Under the pieces are notes generated by a model, which was not told where the DNA came from, searched no databases, and was given only the letters and a program-made list of their open reading frames with translations. Shown one piece after another: positions 40,963-50,015 of a stretch of 64,000 nt of DNA. Position numbers and translations under genes: made by a program. This stretch comes from an uncultured Candidatus Saccharibacteria bacterium (GTDB taxonomy: Bacteria > Patescibacteriota > Minisyncoccia > Minisyncoccales > JANBVM01), in NCBI GenBank assembly GCA_964514375.1, contig CAZEQH010000004.1:191-64190 (forward strand), read 5' to 3'. Numbering within the stretch: position 1 is the stretch's first letter; each line of letters starts with the position of its first letter.

Positions 40963-42939
40963 ATGAATTTTAAGATTCAGACAAGATTCCAGCCGACGGG
41001 AGACCAGCCCAAAGCTGTAGCCAAACTGACTGCCAACCTGGAAAACGGCGCCAAACATCAGGTACTTTTAGGCGTGACGGGCTCCGGGAAAACGGCAACC
41101 ATGAGCTGGATAATAGAAAAGATGCAGAAGCCTGTTTTAGTAATCAGTCCTAACAAGACCCTCTGCGCTCAGCTGTTCCAGGAATTTAATGATTTCTTTC
41201 CTAAAAACGGAGTCCATTATTTTGTCTCTTATTACGATTATTACCAGCCGGAGGCCTATATTCCCCAAACAGATACTTATATAGAAAAGGACGCCGACAT
41301 CAACGAAGAGATAGACAGGCTGAGGCATGCCGCCGTCCAGGACGTCCTCAGCAGAAGGGACGTTATTATAGTTGCCTCTGTGTCCTGTATATACAATATC
41401 GGCTCTCCTGAAGGGTACCAAAAAGTTTCTCTGCAGATAAAAGAGGGGCAGCAGATTGGAAGAAGGGAACTACTGAACCGGCTTACTGCTCTCCAATATC
41501 AGAGAAATGAAATCGACTTCAAACCCGGGACTTTTCGAGTGAGGGGAGAGGTTTTGGAAATTTTCCTTGTCACCGGCGACCGGATACTGAGGTTGGAGAT
41601 GTTCGGGGATACGATAGAGAAACTGCTAGAGGCAGACGCAAGCATCAGCCCCAGCTTTAACCGTTTGGAAACGGGCAGTTTCCAGCTATTTCCGGCCCAT
41701 TTTTGGGCAACCCCCCAGGAAAAAATAAAAATTGCCCTGCAGAACATCAGATTAGAGCTGCAGGAACAGTTAAAAAAACTGCGGCAGGATAATAAGCTCC
41801 TGGAAGCCCAGAGGCTGGAGAGCCGCACTAATTATGATTTGGACATGCTGAAAGAAGCAGGATTCTGCAGCGGTATAGAAAACTATTCCAGACATTTGGA
41901 ATTCAGAAAACCCGGGGAAGCTCCCTATACCCTTGTTGATTATTTTCCCGAAGATTTTCTTATTTTCGTCGACGAATCTCATCAAACCCTTCCCCAGGTG
42001 CGGGCTATGTCTGCGCAGGACAGGGTAAGAAAGGATGCTTTAATCAAATATGGCTTCCGGTTGCCTTCCGCCTTAGATAATAGACCCTTGGACTTTAAGG
42101 AATTTGAGGAGCGGATTAATCAGGCCGTCTACGTCTCCGCCACTCCGGGCAGGGAAGAAATAGAGAAAACCCTGGAACAGGGAAGAAATAGGGTTGAAGG
42201 AAAAAAATATATTGTAGAGCAGTTGATAAGGCCTACCGGTCTCCTAGAACCAACTATCGAAATCCGCCCCACGGAAAATCAAATTAAAGATTTGGTTTCC
42301 GAAGCTCAAAAGAAAAAATCTGCCGGACAGAGAGTGCTGGCCCTTACCCTTACCAAAAGGCTGGCCGAAGCCCTTTCTGATTATATGAGCGAACAGGGAT
42401 TATCCTGCCAGTGGCTTCATTCTGAGGTGAAAACCCTGGAAAGACCGGGCATTTTAAAGGAACTCAGAAAAGGCAAATACGATGTGCTGGTAGGCATCAA
42501 CCTTCTGCGGGAAGGCCTGGACCTGCCGGAGGTAGCGCTGGTAGCAATACTCGATGCTGATAAAGAAGGATTTTTAAGATCCAAAACTACCTTAATCCAG
42601 ATTATGGGGAGAGCCAGCCGACATCCTGAAGGACACATTATTCTTTACGCAGACGCCATTACCGGCTCCATGAAGGGAGCTATAGATGAAATCGAAAGGA
42701 GAAGGGAAATTCAAGAAGCCTTCAATCGCGAGCACCAAATTATTCCAAAACCAATAATAGCCAGCATTAAAGATTGGCCCTTTGCCAGGGAAAAGAAGAA
42801 TATTTCCACGGAATTCTGGATGGTCCGGGATAAAAATCTACTAAGAAAAGAAATGAAAAAGGCCGCTAGGGATTTGAATTTTGAAAGGGCTGCGGAAATA
42901 AGGGATTTAATAAAGAAACTGGGAGAACAAGAAAAATAG
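40963..42939 (+). CDS. uvrB: Excinuclease ABC subunit B
   Basis: FQPTGDQPKAVAKL...LLGVTGSGKT, YYDYYQPEAY, helicase motifs, and the C-terminal UVR domain (AARDLNFERAAEIRDLI). Confidence 0.95.
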   Translation: MNFKIQTRFQPTGDQPKAVAKLTANLENGAKHQVLLGVTGSGKTATMSWIIEKMQKPVLVISPNKTLCAQLFQEFNDFFPKNGVHYFVSYYDYYQPEAYIPQTDTYIEKDADINEEIDRLRHAAVQDVLSRRDVIIVASVSCIYNIGSPEGYQKVSLQIKEGQQIGRRELLNRLTALQYQRNEIDFKPGTFRVRGEVLEIFLVTGDRILRLEMFGDTIEKLLEADASISPSFNRLETGSFQLFPAHFWATPQEKIKIALQNIRLELQEQLKKLRQDNKLLEAQRLESRTNYDLDMLKEAGFCSGIENYSRHLEFRKPGEAPYTLVDYFPEDFLIFVDESHQTLPQVRAMSAQDRVRKDALIKYGFRLPSALDNRPLDFKEFEERINQAVYVSATPGREEIEKTLEQGRNRVEGKKYIVEQLIRPTGLLEPTIEIRPTENQIKDLVSEAQKKKSAGQRVLALTLTKRLAEALSDYMSEQGLSCQWLHSEVKTLERPGILKELRKGKYDVLVGINLLREGLDLPEVALVAILDADKEGFLRSKTTLIQIMGRASRHPEGHIILYADAITGSMKGAIDEIERRREIQEAFNREHQIIPKPIIASIKDWPFAREKKNISTEFWMVRDKNLLRKEMKKAARDLNFERAAEIRDLIKKLGEQEK

Positions 42940-42957
42940 CACAGCTGCACCCCGTCC

Positions 42958-42986
42958 TTGAAATAGAAAGATTTATCTGTTATATT
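42958..42986 (+). promoter_or_regulatory. Sigma-70-like promoter for rpsT
   Basis: TTGAAA (42958-42963), 17-nt spacer, TATATT (42981-42986). Confidence 0.5.
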
Positions 42987-43012
42987 GATTAGGGAAGATT
43001 ACTGCTTTAAAT

Positions 43013-43273
43013 ATGCCTATCACAAAATCAGCTAAAAAAGCCGTGCGACAAAGTAAAAGGAAAGGGAGAAGAAACACAAAAAAGAAAGTGCAACTGCACG
43101 ATCTCTTAAAAGAGTTTGAAGGGCTGGTTTCTCAGGGAAAAAAGAACGAAGCTAAGAAAATGGTGCCGCGGGTTTATAAATCTTTGGATAAACTGGCCAA
43201 AGCAGGTATTATTAAGAAGAACTCAGCCGCCAGAAAAAAATCACGAGTCGCCCGCCTTGCAGAGAAAAAATAA
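43013..43273 (+). CDS. rpsT: 30S ribosomal protein S20
   Basis: MPITKSAKKAVRQSKRKGRRNTKKK...; basic, 86 aa, typical of S20. Confidence 0.85.
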   Translation: MPITKSAKKAVRQSKRKGRRNTKKKVQLHDLLKEFEGLVSQGKKNEAKKMVPRVYKSLDKLAKAGIIKKNSAARKKSRVARLAEKK

Positions 43274-43276
43274 ACC

Positions 43277-44233
43277 CTAAACCCTGGCTATTAGAAGGTC
43301 CAGGGCAGTTTCCGGATCTATCTTTCCTGTTTTAACATCAAGGTCTACCTGAAAAATTTTTCGGTAGACCTTTTTAAGTTCCGCCATTTCAAACTTACGA
43401 CAGAGGGCTAAACTTTTCTTTACCACGAAAGGGTGAAGCCCGCTGGCAGAAAACGGGGAAAGTCCTTTCAGGACGATATCTGACACTATGATAAGGTTGC
43501 GGAATTGATAATTAATCATAGCTAAAAGATATAATGGTTCATCACCCCTATTCAGATGATTTTTTAAAAGCCGCAAGGCCTTTTTTTTATCACGTGAAGC
43601 GATAGCATCTATTGTTTTAAAAATATCAGGTTCTATCTTAGGCTTTACTAGAAGCTCCACATCCCTCTCCTTAATTGCCTTGCCCTTCTCTTTGAAATTA
43701 GAAAGCTTGGCAACCTCATTGGCCATCTGCCAAAGGTCGTCCTGTACATAATCGCTTAAGAGAGCCAGCGCTTCGTCTTCTATTCTACTTCCCAATCCTT
43801 CTGCCTCCCCTCTAGCCCATTTTTTCAGGCTGATACCCTGGAGGGGATTAAATTCCTGGGCCTGGGCATGTTTTTTCAAAAATATAAAAAGGGAATCCTT
43901 TTTGAGAATCTTGTTTTTTTCATAAATCACCATTATATCCTGTGATTTTTCATAAGATTCTGCTTTCTTTAAAAATTTTTCCTTAAAAGCCTTGGCGGAA
44001 AAGAGATTATATAATATCAAAAGCTTCTTCTCTTCGAACATAGACGCCTGGTTCGTCCCCTTGTTTAATTCGTCAAAATTACTCTCCTGGCAGTCAAAGT
44101 GCATCAGATTTAATCCGCTCTTATGAATCTTCCGATAGCGCTCTATTATGCTTCTAAGTTTTCTGCCGGACCTATAACTGTCCGGGCCATAAAGGAGAAT
44201 AATCATTTTTTCACGGCTTTTTGTTTTTGGCAT
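43277..44233 (-). CDS. holA: DNA polymerase III delta subunit
   Basis: N-terminus IILLYGPDSYRSGRKLRSII, with a length and helical C-terminal domain typical of HolA. Confidence 0.6.
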   Translation of the reverse strand: MPKTKSREKMIILLYGPDSYRSGRKLRSIIERYRKIHKSGLNLMHFDCQESNFDELNKGTNQASMFEEKKLLILYNLFSAKAFKEKFLKKAESYEKSQDIMVIYEKNKILKKDSLFIFLKKHAQAQEFNPLQGISLKKWARGEAEGLGSRIEDEALALLSDYVQDDLWQMANEVAKLSNFKEKGKAIKERDVELLVKPKIEPDIFKTIDAIASRDKKKALRLLKNHLNRGDEPLYLLAMINYQFRNLIIVSDIVLKGLSPFSASGLHPFVVKKSLALCRKFEMAELKKVYRKIFQVDLDVKTGKIDPETALDLLIARV

Positions 44234-45099
44234 TTAGGGCAAAAATAGGTTGACCTGCTGCCCTGCTTTTCCCTCACGACAATGGAACCGCATTGCGGAC
44301 AGATTTTGCCTTCCCTGTCATACACCTCGCCGTATTCCTGAAAACCGCCTTTCTTTCCGCTGGTTCTCCTGAAGTCAGAATAACTGGCCCCCTTTAACTC
44401 AATACCCTTTTTTAAAGTCTCTTTCACGGCTGAAAAAATACCTTTTAATTCCTTCTCATTTAAGTTTTTAATGCGTTCGAACGGATATATCCCAGCACGC
44501 CACAGTATTTCGCTGGCGTATATATTGCCTACGCCGGCTATTATATTCTGATCCATTAACACCTGTTTTATTTCTCCGCCGCTTTTTCTATTCACTGCTT
44601 TCTTAAATTCGGAGAAGGTGAATTTTTTATCGAGGGGTTCCGGTCCCAGCTTTTTAAACCCCGGAGAGGACTCCAATTTCTCCCTGTCCCAAAACTCTAC
44701 CTTGGAAAATTTACGCATATCAGAAAGCGCCAATTGAGAACCATCACCGAAAAAAATAATCAGGTGCAGGAATTTGTTTCTGGAATCTTCTTTTATTGGA
44801 CCCTGTGTTTGGGCTGTCCATTCTCCCGCCTTCATCTTCCAGCGTCCTATCAGAAGATGACCCGTCATCTTCTGATGTATTAAAAGCACCTTGTTCTCAG
44901 TCAGATCAATAAGTATATTTTTAGCCCTTCTCCTAACCCCTTTTATTTCTTTCCCTCTAATCTGCTTTTTGAAATCATCCCATGCCGCAGGGTGCTTGAT
45001 GGGTTTGTTAAAATCCGTCCAAACCTCAATTATCTTTTTCCCTATCACCCTTCTCCTTAATTCCCTGACTGCTGTTTCTACTTCGGGTAACTCGGGCAT
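44203..45099 (-). CDS. mutM: Formamidopyrimidine-DNA glycosylase (Fpg/MutM)
   Basis: MPELPEVETAVREL (catalytic Pro2/Glu3), H2TH region, and a C-terminal zinc finger CPQCG...YFCPKCQ. Confidence 0.9.
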   Translation of the reverse strand: MPELPEVETAVRELRRRVIGKKIIEVWTDFNKPIKHPAAWDDFKKQIRGKEIKGVRRRAKNILIDLTENKVLLIHQKMTGHLLIGRWKMKAGEWTAQTQGPIKEDSRNKFLHLIIFFGDGSQLALSDMRKFSKVEFWDREKLESSPGFKKLGPEPLDKKFTFSEFKKAVNRKSGGEIKQVLMDQNIIAGVGNIYASEILWRAGIYPFERIKNLNEKELKGIFSAVKETLKKGIELKGASYSDFRRTSGKKGGFQEYGEVYDREGKICPQCGSIVVREKQGSRSTYFCPKCQKQKAVKK

Positions 45100-45136
45100 G
45101 TTAAGCTGATTGGAGTCTTATTAAGCTTAATAAATA

Positions 45137-45188
45137 AGCCCCACCCCTTAAGCTTGTTTTCCGTCAGCAAAGCACAAGGGGCGGGGCT
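45137..45188 (-). terminator. Long GC-rich hairpin downstream of the two-component operon
   Basis: AGCCCCACCCCTT - 26 nt - AAGGGGCGGGGCT (13-bp stem, one mismatch). On the minus strand it is followed by TATTTATT. Confidence 0.45.
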
Positions 45189-45226
45189 CTATTCTCTTGA
45201 TAATCGCCTATATATTGGAGTTTATC

Positions 45227-45595
45227 CTATCCCAAAACGTTCTTTATTTTTTCGATAATCTCCCCGGGAGTGAAGTGAGCCTTAATGAGATAGTCTGCGG
45301 CTCCCAGATTCAAACCCTTCTCAACTTCTTCCTTCTGGCCGAGATTGGAGAGAATAATAACGGGGATTGCGGAAACACTGTCGTCACTTTTAATAGTAGA
45401 CAGAACTTCGAAACCATCCATACTAGGAAGGATAAGGTCAAGCAGAATAAGGTCGGGCTGGGACTCTTTGACCTTATTAATGCCGTCTTCTCCGTCAACG
45501 GCCTGGGTAATGTCGTACCCTTCGTCGGTCAATTTCCTGGAAATAAGCTCTCTCAGGAATTTATCGTCCTCTATTATTAATATTTTTTTTGCCAT
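45227..45595 (-). CDS. Single-domain response regulator (receiver only)
   Basis: KILIIEDD...DLILLDLILPSMDGFEV...PVIILSN...K: a CheY-like receiver with no output domain (122 aa). Confidence 0.85.
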   Translation of the reverse strand: MAKKILIIEDDKFLRELISRKLTDEGYDITQAVDGEDGINKVKESQPDLILLDLILPSMDGFEVLSTIKSDDSVSAIPVIILSNLGQKEEVEKGLNLGAADYLIKAHFTPGEIIEKIKNVLG

Positions 45596-45610
45596 ATACC
45601 TTTTATGCGA

Positions 45611-45982
45611 TTATTTACCGATTTGTTTAACCACTTTTTCTATTACCTCTTGGGGATCAAACTCTGTTTTAATCAACCAGTCGCTGGCGCCCAGCTCCTT
45701 GGCCTTACCGAGTTCCACCGGCTGTCCAGAATTGGAAATAATTATAACCGGTATTCTCTTCAACTGGGCGTCCTTCTCCATTTCTTCCATCACTTCAAAT
45801 CCCCCCATTTTCGGCATAATGATGTCCAGTAAAATAATATCAGGCTTCAGTTCTTTCATTTTTTTCAATCCCTCCTCGCCATTGACCGATACCGTCACTT
45901 CATAACCCTCCTGTTCAAGCTTCTTTTCAAGCAGGTTAATCATAATCTTCTCGTCTTCAATTAGTAAAATTTTTTTAGCCAT
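45611..45982 (-). CDS. Single-domain response regulator (receiver only)
   Basis: KILLIEDE...DIILLDIIMPKMGGFEV...PVIIISN...K; 123 aa, a paralogue of the downstream receiver. Confidence 0.85.
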   Translation of the reverse strand: MAKKILLIEDEKIMINLLEKKLEQEGYEVTVSVNGEEGLKKMKELKPDIILLDIIMPKMGGFEVMEEMEKDAQLKRIPVIIISNSGQPVELGKAKELGASDWLIKTEFDPQEVIEKVVKQIGK

Positions 45983-46032
45983 AATTCTTCTTTTATTATT
46001 TTATATTATTAAGAAATCTTTTCAACTGAAAA

Positions 46033-47556
46033 TTACTTTGCCGGAATAGAAAAGAAAAACGTAGTTCCCTTTCCTAGTTCGGACTCAAACCACACCTTCC
46101 CTTCATGAGCCTCTATAACATTCCTAGTAATAAACAACCCCAGTCCTGACCCCTCCGTTTCTCTTTTCAGGACATTAGAACCTCGGTAGAATTTGGAAAA
46201 TATCCTTTCCTGCTGGGATTCAGGAATACCTATACCCGTGTCTTTAACATAAACCACTATTTCTTTTTTATCATAATCTATGCCGACTGTCACCTTTCCT
46301 TTCTCCGGAGTGTACTTGATGGCGTTATCTATCAGGTTCTGCAGAGCCAAACCCATCTTTTCTACGTCTATCATGGCTTGGGGCAGAGATTCCTTAGGCT
46401 TAATAAATTCAATTTCGATTTTCCTCTTCTTAGCCTCATCTTCGTAAGAATCTATCAGGGATTGCGTCAGCTCCGTCATGTCATAGGGAACCTTTTTGTA
46501 AAGGTATCTGCCCTCCTCTATACGGCTGACATTCAACAGATCGTTAATAAGCCTTATCATCCTTTCATTGGATTCGTAAGTCTTTTCAATAAATTCTCTC
46601 TGCTCCGAAGAGATTTTACCCAAGTCTCCATCTAACAGCATCTTTAATGTCCACTTTATAGCCGAAAGGGGCGTCCTTAACTGATGGGCCGCAACGGAAA
46701 CAAACTCCGTCTTCATCCTTTCCACGGTTTTTTCCCGACTGACGTCGTGCATCACCACCACATTCCCCATGCTTCTGCCGCGAGCAATCAAGGGTATAGT
46801 TGAAATTTCCAGGATAAAACTGTCTCCCACCTTTAGCTCTTCACGGAAAAGCCTCTTAATATCCCTACCCAAAAGATAAGCTAATGGCCTCAATTCCGAG
46901 GTATGAAAGAAGTCAGAAACCGCCTTGCCTATTATTTTCTCCTTTTCCACCCCGAAAAGTTTCTCGGACTGAAGATTCATCAGAGAAAGCTTATTGTCTT
47001 TGTCGAAAACCATGAGCCCATCGTTGAGACTGGCGATAATCTCCTCTGTTCTTTTCCTTTCTTCCTCCGCTTTCCTTCTGGCCTCTTCGGTATCCTCAAG
47101 GATATTCATAAGAGCGACCTGGCTCTTTTTGAGCTCTTTTTCCACGTCTTTGATTTTAGTTAAATCAAAGAGCCCAAGGAAATAGCCCACCACGTCTTCT
47201 TTTTCGTCTTTCCGCACCCTGGTGAAAACCTGGGTGATGATGTTGCCTTCCTGCTGGGTAAAGAACTCCATTTCTTTCCCTTTGACAGATCCTTTTTCCA
47301 AAGTCTCCTTGGCTAAATCCTCGATTTTTTCTTTGTTAAAGAGCTTTTCTATAGGCTCTCCTATTAATTCGTAGGATTTCATCTTGGAAATAGACTCAAA
47401 GGCAGGATTCACTTCAAGCAGTACGCCTATCGGGCTTACAAAACAGATGGGAAGAGGAGAAAAATTAAAAAGATCATGGATATAGTTCTCCAGAGAAGCC
47501 AAGTCATCCGCTAAAAGAGAGCTTTTAACGCGGTCTTCTTCGTTTTCTTCCGGCAT
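46033..47556 (-). CDS. Cytoplasmic PAS-PAS sensor histidine kinase
   Basis: Two PAS-like segments, H-box FVSVAAHQLRTPLSAIKW, and the N/G boxes NLIDNAIKYT, DTGIGIP, GSGLGLFI. No TM segment. Confidence 0.85.
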   Translation of the reverse strand: MPEENEEDRVKSSLLADDLASLENYIHDLFNFSPLPICFVSPIGVLLEVNPAFESISKMKSYELIGEPIEKLFNKEKIEDLAKETLEKGSVKGKEMEFFTQQEGNIITQVFTRVRKDEKEDVVGYFLGLFDLTKIKDVEKELKKSQVALMNILEDTEEARRKAEEERKRTEEIIASLNDGLMVFDKDNKLSLMNLQSEKLFGVEKEKIIGKAVSDFFHTSELRPLAYLLGRDIKRLFREELKVGDSFILEISTIPLIARGRSMGNVVVMHDVSREKTVERMKTEFVSVAAHQLRTPLSAIKWTLKMLLDGDLGKISSEQREFIEKTYESNERMIRLINDLLNVSRIEEGRYLYKKVPYDMTELTQSLIDSYEDEAKKRKIEIEFIKPKESLPQAMIDVEKMGLALQNLIDNAIKYTPEKGKVTVGIDYDKKEIVVYVKDTGIGIPESQQERIFSKFYRGSNVLKRETEGSGLGLFITRNVIEAHEGKVWFESELGKGTTFFFSIPAK

Positions 47557-47635
47557 TTTATAGATTGGTTTTTATTATTAGCAAAGAATATCTTATTCTA
47601 TCAAATCGGCTGCTTTTAACAACCGGAAAAGCTGC

Positions 47636-48367
47636 CTATTCACCCTTCTCTTTAATTCTGTCTAATTCTTTTTTCAACTCCACCATCTTCATTTCTCTGC
47701 CCACAGCTATCTCTCTAAACCTTTCCAGTTCGCTTATCTTGTTTTCCAGCTCTTCAGTCCTTTGTTTTATTTCTACGTCCAAATTTTTATTAAGGTCTGC
47801 CAACTCTTTAGTTCTAGCCTGCACCTTGATTTCCAGCGTGGTCTTAGCTTCTTCCAGGGCCGTCATGGTTTCTTCCAGTTCGGCCGTCCTCTCCCTTACT
47901 TTCCTCTCCAGGCTTTTCTTTGCTTCTTCAAGGGCTTTCTGGGTCGTTTTTAATTCCTGAGTCATATTATTGAAATGGGAAGCCAGCTCCCCCCATTCGT
48001 CCTGGGAGCCCGTTTGTACCTTAAAGTCCAGATTTCCCTTGGAAATTTCCTGAATTCCTTTAATAAGCCTCTGCAGGGGTCTGGTAAATCCCCGCGAGAT
48101 TAACACGTTTCCAAAAAGAGTGAGAATGATGACTATGAATACCGTCAGGACAGCCTGAATGCGGGCGTTGTTCAGGGTCATTGACAGTCCCTCCATCACT
48201 TCCTTACTTGCCTGAACCCCTCCTCCGGTCAATAAAGCTTTGACTAAGTCCTGATAGGTATAAATAATCAAGGCGGCTGTAATGAGAAGCGGGATAATGG
48301 TAAAAAATAAGGTAAACAAAAGAAGCTTGGTGCTTATTTTTATATTTGTCTTTTTTTGAGAAACCAT
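47636..48367 (-). CDS. Membrane-anchored HAMP-domain protein with a long signalling coiled-coil and no kinase domain
   Basis: Two TM segments, HAMP (FTRPLQRLIKGIQEISKGNLDFKV), then repeated LE(R/I)KV(R/Q)(E/A)RT(A/K)EL heptad modules ending in ERFREIAVGREMKMVELKKE. Confidence 0.7.
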   Translation of the reverse strand: MVSQKKTNIKISTKLLLFTLFFTIIPLLITAALIIYTYQDLVKALLTGGGVQASKEVMEGLSMTLNNARIQAVLTVFIVIILTLFGNVLISRGFTRPLQRLIKGIQEISKGNLDFKVQTGSQDEWGELASHFNNMTQELKTTQKALEEAKKSLERKVRERTAELEETMTALEEAKTTLEIKVQARTKELADLNKNLDVEIKQRTEELENKISELERFREIAVGREMKMVELKKELDRIKEKGE

Positions 48368-48510
48368 TATGGAAAATCAAAATTTAGTTTATCCATTATT
48401 ATAATATAACATTTTTATCGCCCGCCTTTTAGTGTTAAGCCTTCTCCCTCCGATACCGGGAGAGGGGTTTGGTGGTATCTCCTTTTGGCGAGGCGTCGCT
48501 TTAGAATTAA

Positions 48511-49458
48511 TTAGAGTAATTTCATTGTCTTTTCTCTTCCTGCTTGGCCGTTTTCCTTCTGCTGAAAAAGTCTTTTGATAAGAGTTTTAAATCCTAAATC
48601 CTGAAAAGCTTCCATTACGGCTTGACGGTCATATTCTCTCCATTCGTATTCCTTAATGGGAATATTAATAGGTACATCTTTTTTAATCTGGGATAATTCT
48701 CGGCTCATAAAGGCCTTATCCCTGCCATCTAAAAGCAAGTCCTTAATCCGGGGAGTAATCAGCGGATGGTTTTTTCCTTTTTTCAAATTATCGTAGATAG
48801 CCGCAAGTGAGCCGAACTCTCCCAGAAGTTTCAGGGCGGTTTTTTGGCCGATGCCTGGTACGCCGGGAATATTGTCGGAAGCGTCTCCCGTCAAAGCCCT
48901 CAAATCGACCAACTGTTGTGGTTTTAGGCCCGGGTACTTTTCTCTTATCAAGTCTTCATCATAAAGGTCGGCATTCTTCACTCCTTTAGCCAGAAGATAA
49001 ACACGAGTTTTAGCATTGATAAGCTGAAGAACGTCCCTATCACCGCTGACAATAATCGTTCTAATATCGAAAGAACGCTTTATTCCAGGGAAGATGCGGC
49101 TGACGGTTCCTATCAGGTCATCTGCTTCAAAACCTTTCTTTTCTAAAACCGGTACGGAAAAAAGGCCTAACATCCTTTTTATTTGGGGAATTTGTGCCGC
49201 CAGTTCCTTGGGGGTGGGAGGTCTTTGAGCTTTATACTCCTTGAATTTTTCATGCCGAAAGGTAAGAGCCGGATAATCGAAGCAAACGGCTAAGAATTCG
49301 GGGCGGAACTCTCCAATCACTTTTAAAAATACCAGCAGAAAACCGTAGACCGCGCCAACTTGCTGCCCGTCCCTGGCGGTCAGAGGCGGGAGAGCATGGA
49401 AGGCTCTATGCAGAACGGAATTGCCGTCAATGACAACTATTTTTTTTTGTTCGGCCAT
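48511..49458 (-). CDS. 5'-3' exonuclease / flap endonuclease (stand-alone Pol I N-terminal domain)
   Basis: IVVIDGNSVLHRAFHALPPL...GAVYGF, SGDRDVLQL, GDASDNIPGVPGIGQKTA (H3TH). Confidence 0.85.
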   Translation of the reverse strand: MAEQKKIVVIDGNSVLHRAFHALPPLTARDGQQVGAVYGFLLVFLKVIGEFRPEFLAVCFDYPALTFRHEKFKEYKAQRPPTPKELAAQIPQIKRMLGLFSVPVLEKKGFEADDLIGTVSRIFPGIKRSFDIRTIIVSGDRDVLQLINAKTRVYLLAKGVKNADLYDEDLIREKYPGLKPQQLVDLRALTGDASDNIPGVPGIGQKTALKLLGEFGSLAAIYDNLKKGKNHPLITPRIKDLLLDGRDKAFMSRELSQIKKDVPINIPIKEYEWREYDRQAVMEAFQDLGFKTLIKRLFQQKENGQAGREKTMKLL

Positions 49459-49919
49459 TTTATTCTAATTATTCTTTCCTCTTTTCCCTTTATTTCAAAG
49501 TGAACCCCGACCGTATCTTCGGGCAGAATATTCTTAATTCTGTAAGCCCATTCTACCGCTGCAATATTGCCGGGATTTGAAATTATCTTTTTAAATCCCA
49601 GATCCAGAATTTCTTTAGCCTCATGGATGCGATAGCAATCCAGATGGTAAAAAAAAGAAGGTCTAGGATTAGGAACTTCAAATCTTTTAAGTATCACGAA
49701 TGTTGGACTCAGTATTTTTTCTGCCACCCCCAAGCCGCGGGCAAAACCCTGAATAAAAGTGGTTTTTCCTCCTCCCAGTTCTCCTGTCAGTGCCACCACT
49801 AAAGCTTTCTTCCTCCTTCCCTGTTCCAAAATTCTGTGAGCCATTTTTTCTCCCAGCCGTTTAGTTTGAGAAGCGCTGCGGGAGCGATATTTTTCACCAA
49901 CCTTTATGTTTTTCATCAC
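49437..49919 (-). CDS. tsaE: tRNA t6A37 biosynthesis ATPase TsaE
   Basis: VVALTGELGGGKTTFIQGFARGLG...SPTFV...HLDCYR is the typical TsaE/YjeE pattern. Confidence 0.8.
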   Translation of the reverse strand: MMKNIKVGEKYRSRSASQTKRLGEKMAHRILEQGRRKKALVVALTGELGGGKTTFIQGFARGLGVAEKILSPTFVILKRFEVPNPRPSFFYHLDCYRIHEAKEILDLGFKKIISNPGNIAAVEWAYRIKNILPEDTVGVHFEIKGKEERIIRIKWPNKKK

Positions 49920-50015
49920 TCGCTGCTGTAAGATGTTTTGTCAAGATTGACTTTTAAATTAGAATAATATAAATTCAACTAATCAAGTTTTTACTGCTTT
50001 CCATTTTAAATCTTT

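Noticed and set aside
40870-41058. A 62-aa minus-strand ORF in the Mur-ligase/uvrB divergent region
   Set aside because: It overlaps the uvrB 5' end in antisense and covers the divergent promoter region. It has no motif and an odd composition.
45345-45905. A 186-aa plus-strand ORF spanning both response-regulator genes
   Set aside because: It is antisense to two clear CheY-like receiver domains and crosses their intergenic spacer.
47557-47635. The idea that the HAMP protein and the PAS kinase are one frameshifted gene
   Set aside because: They are separated by 79 nt of non-coding sequence containing stops in the relevant frames, an imperfect hairpin and a plausible promoter. The kinase also has its own ATG. 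They are kept as a split system, and re-sequencing is suggested in the findings.
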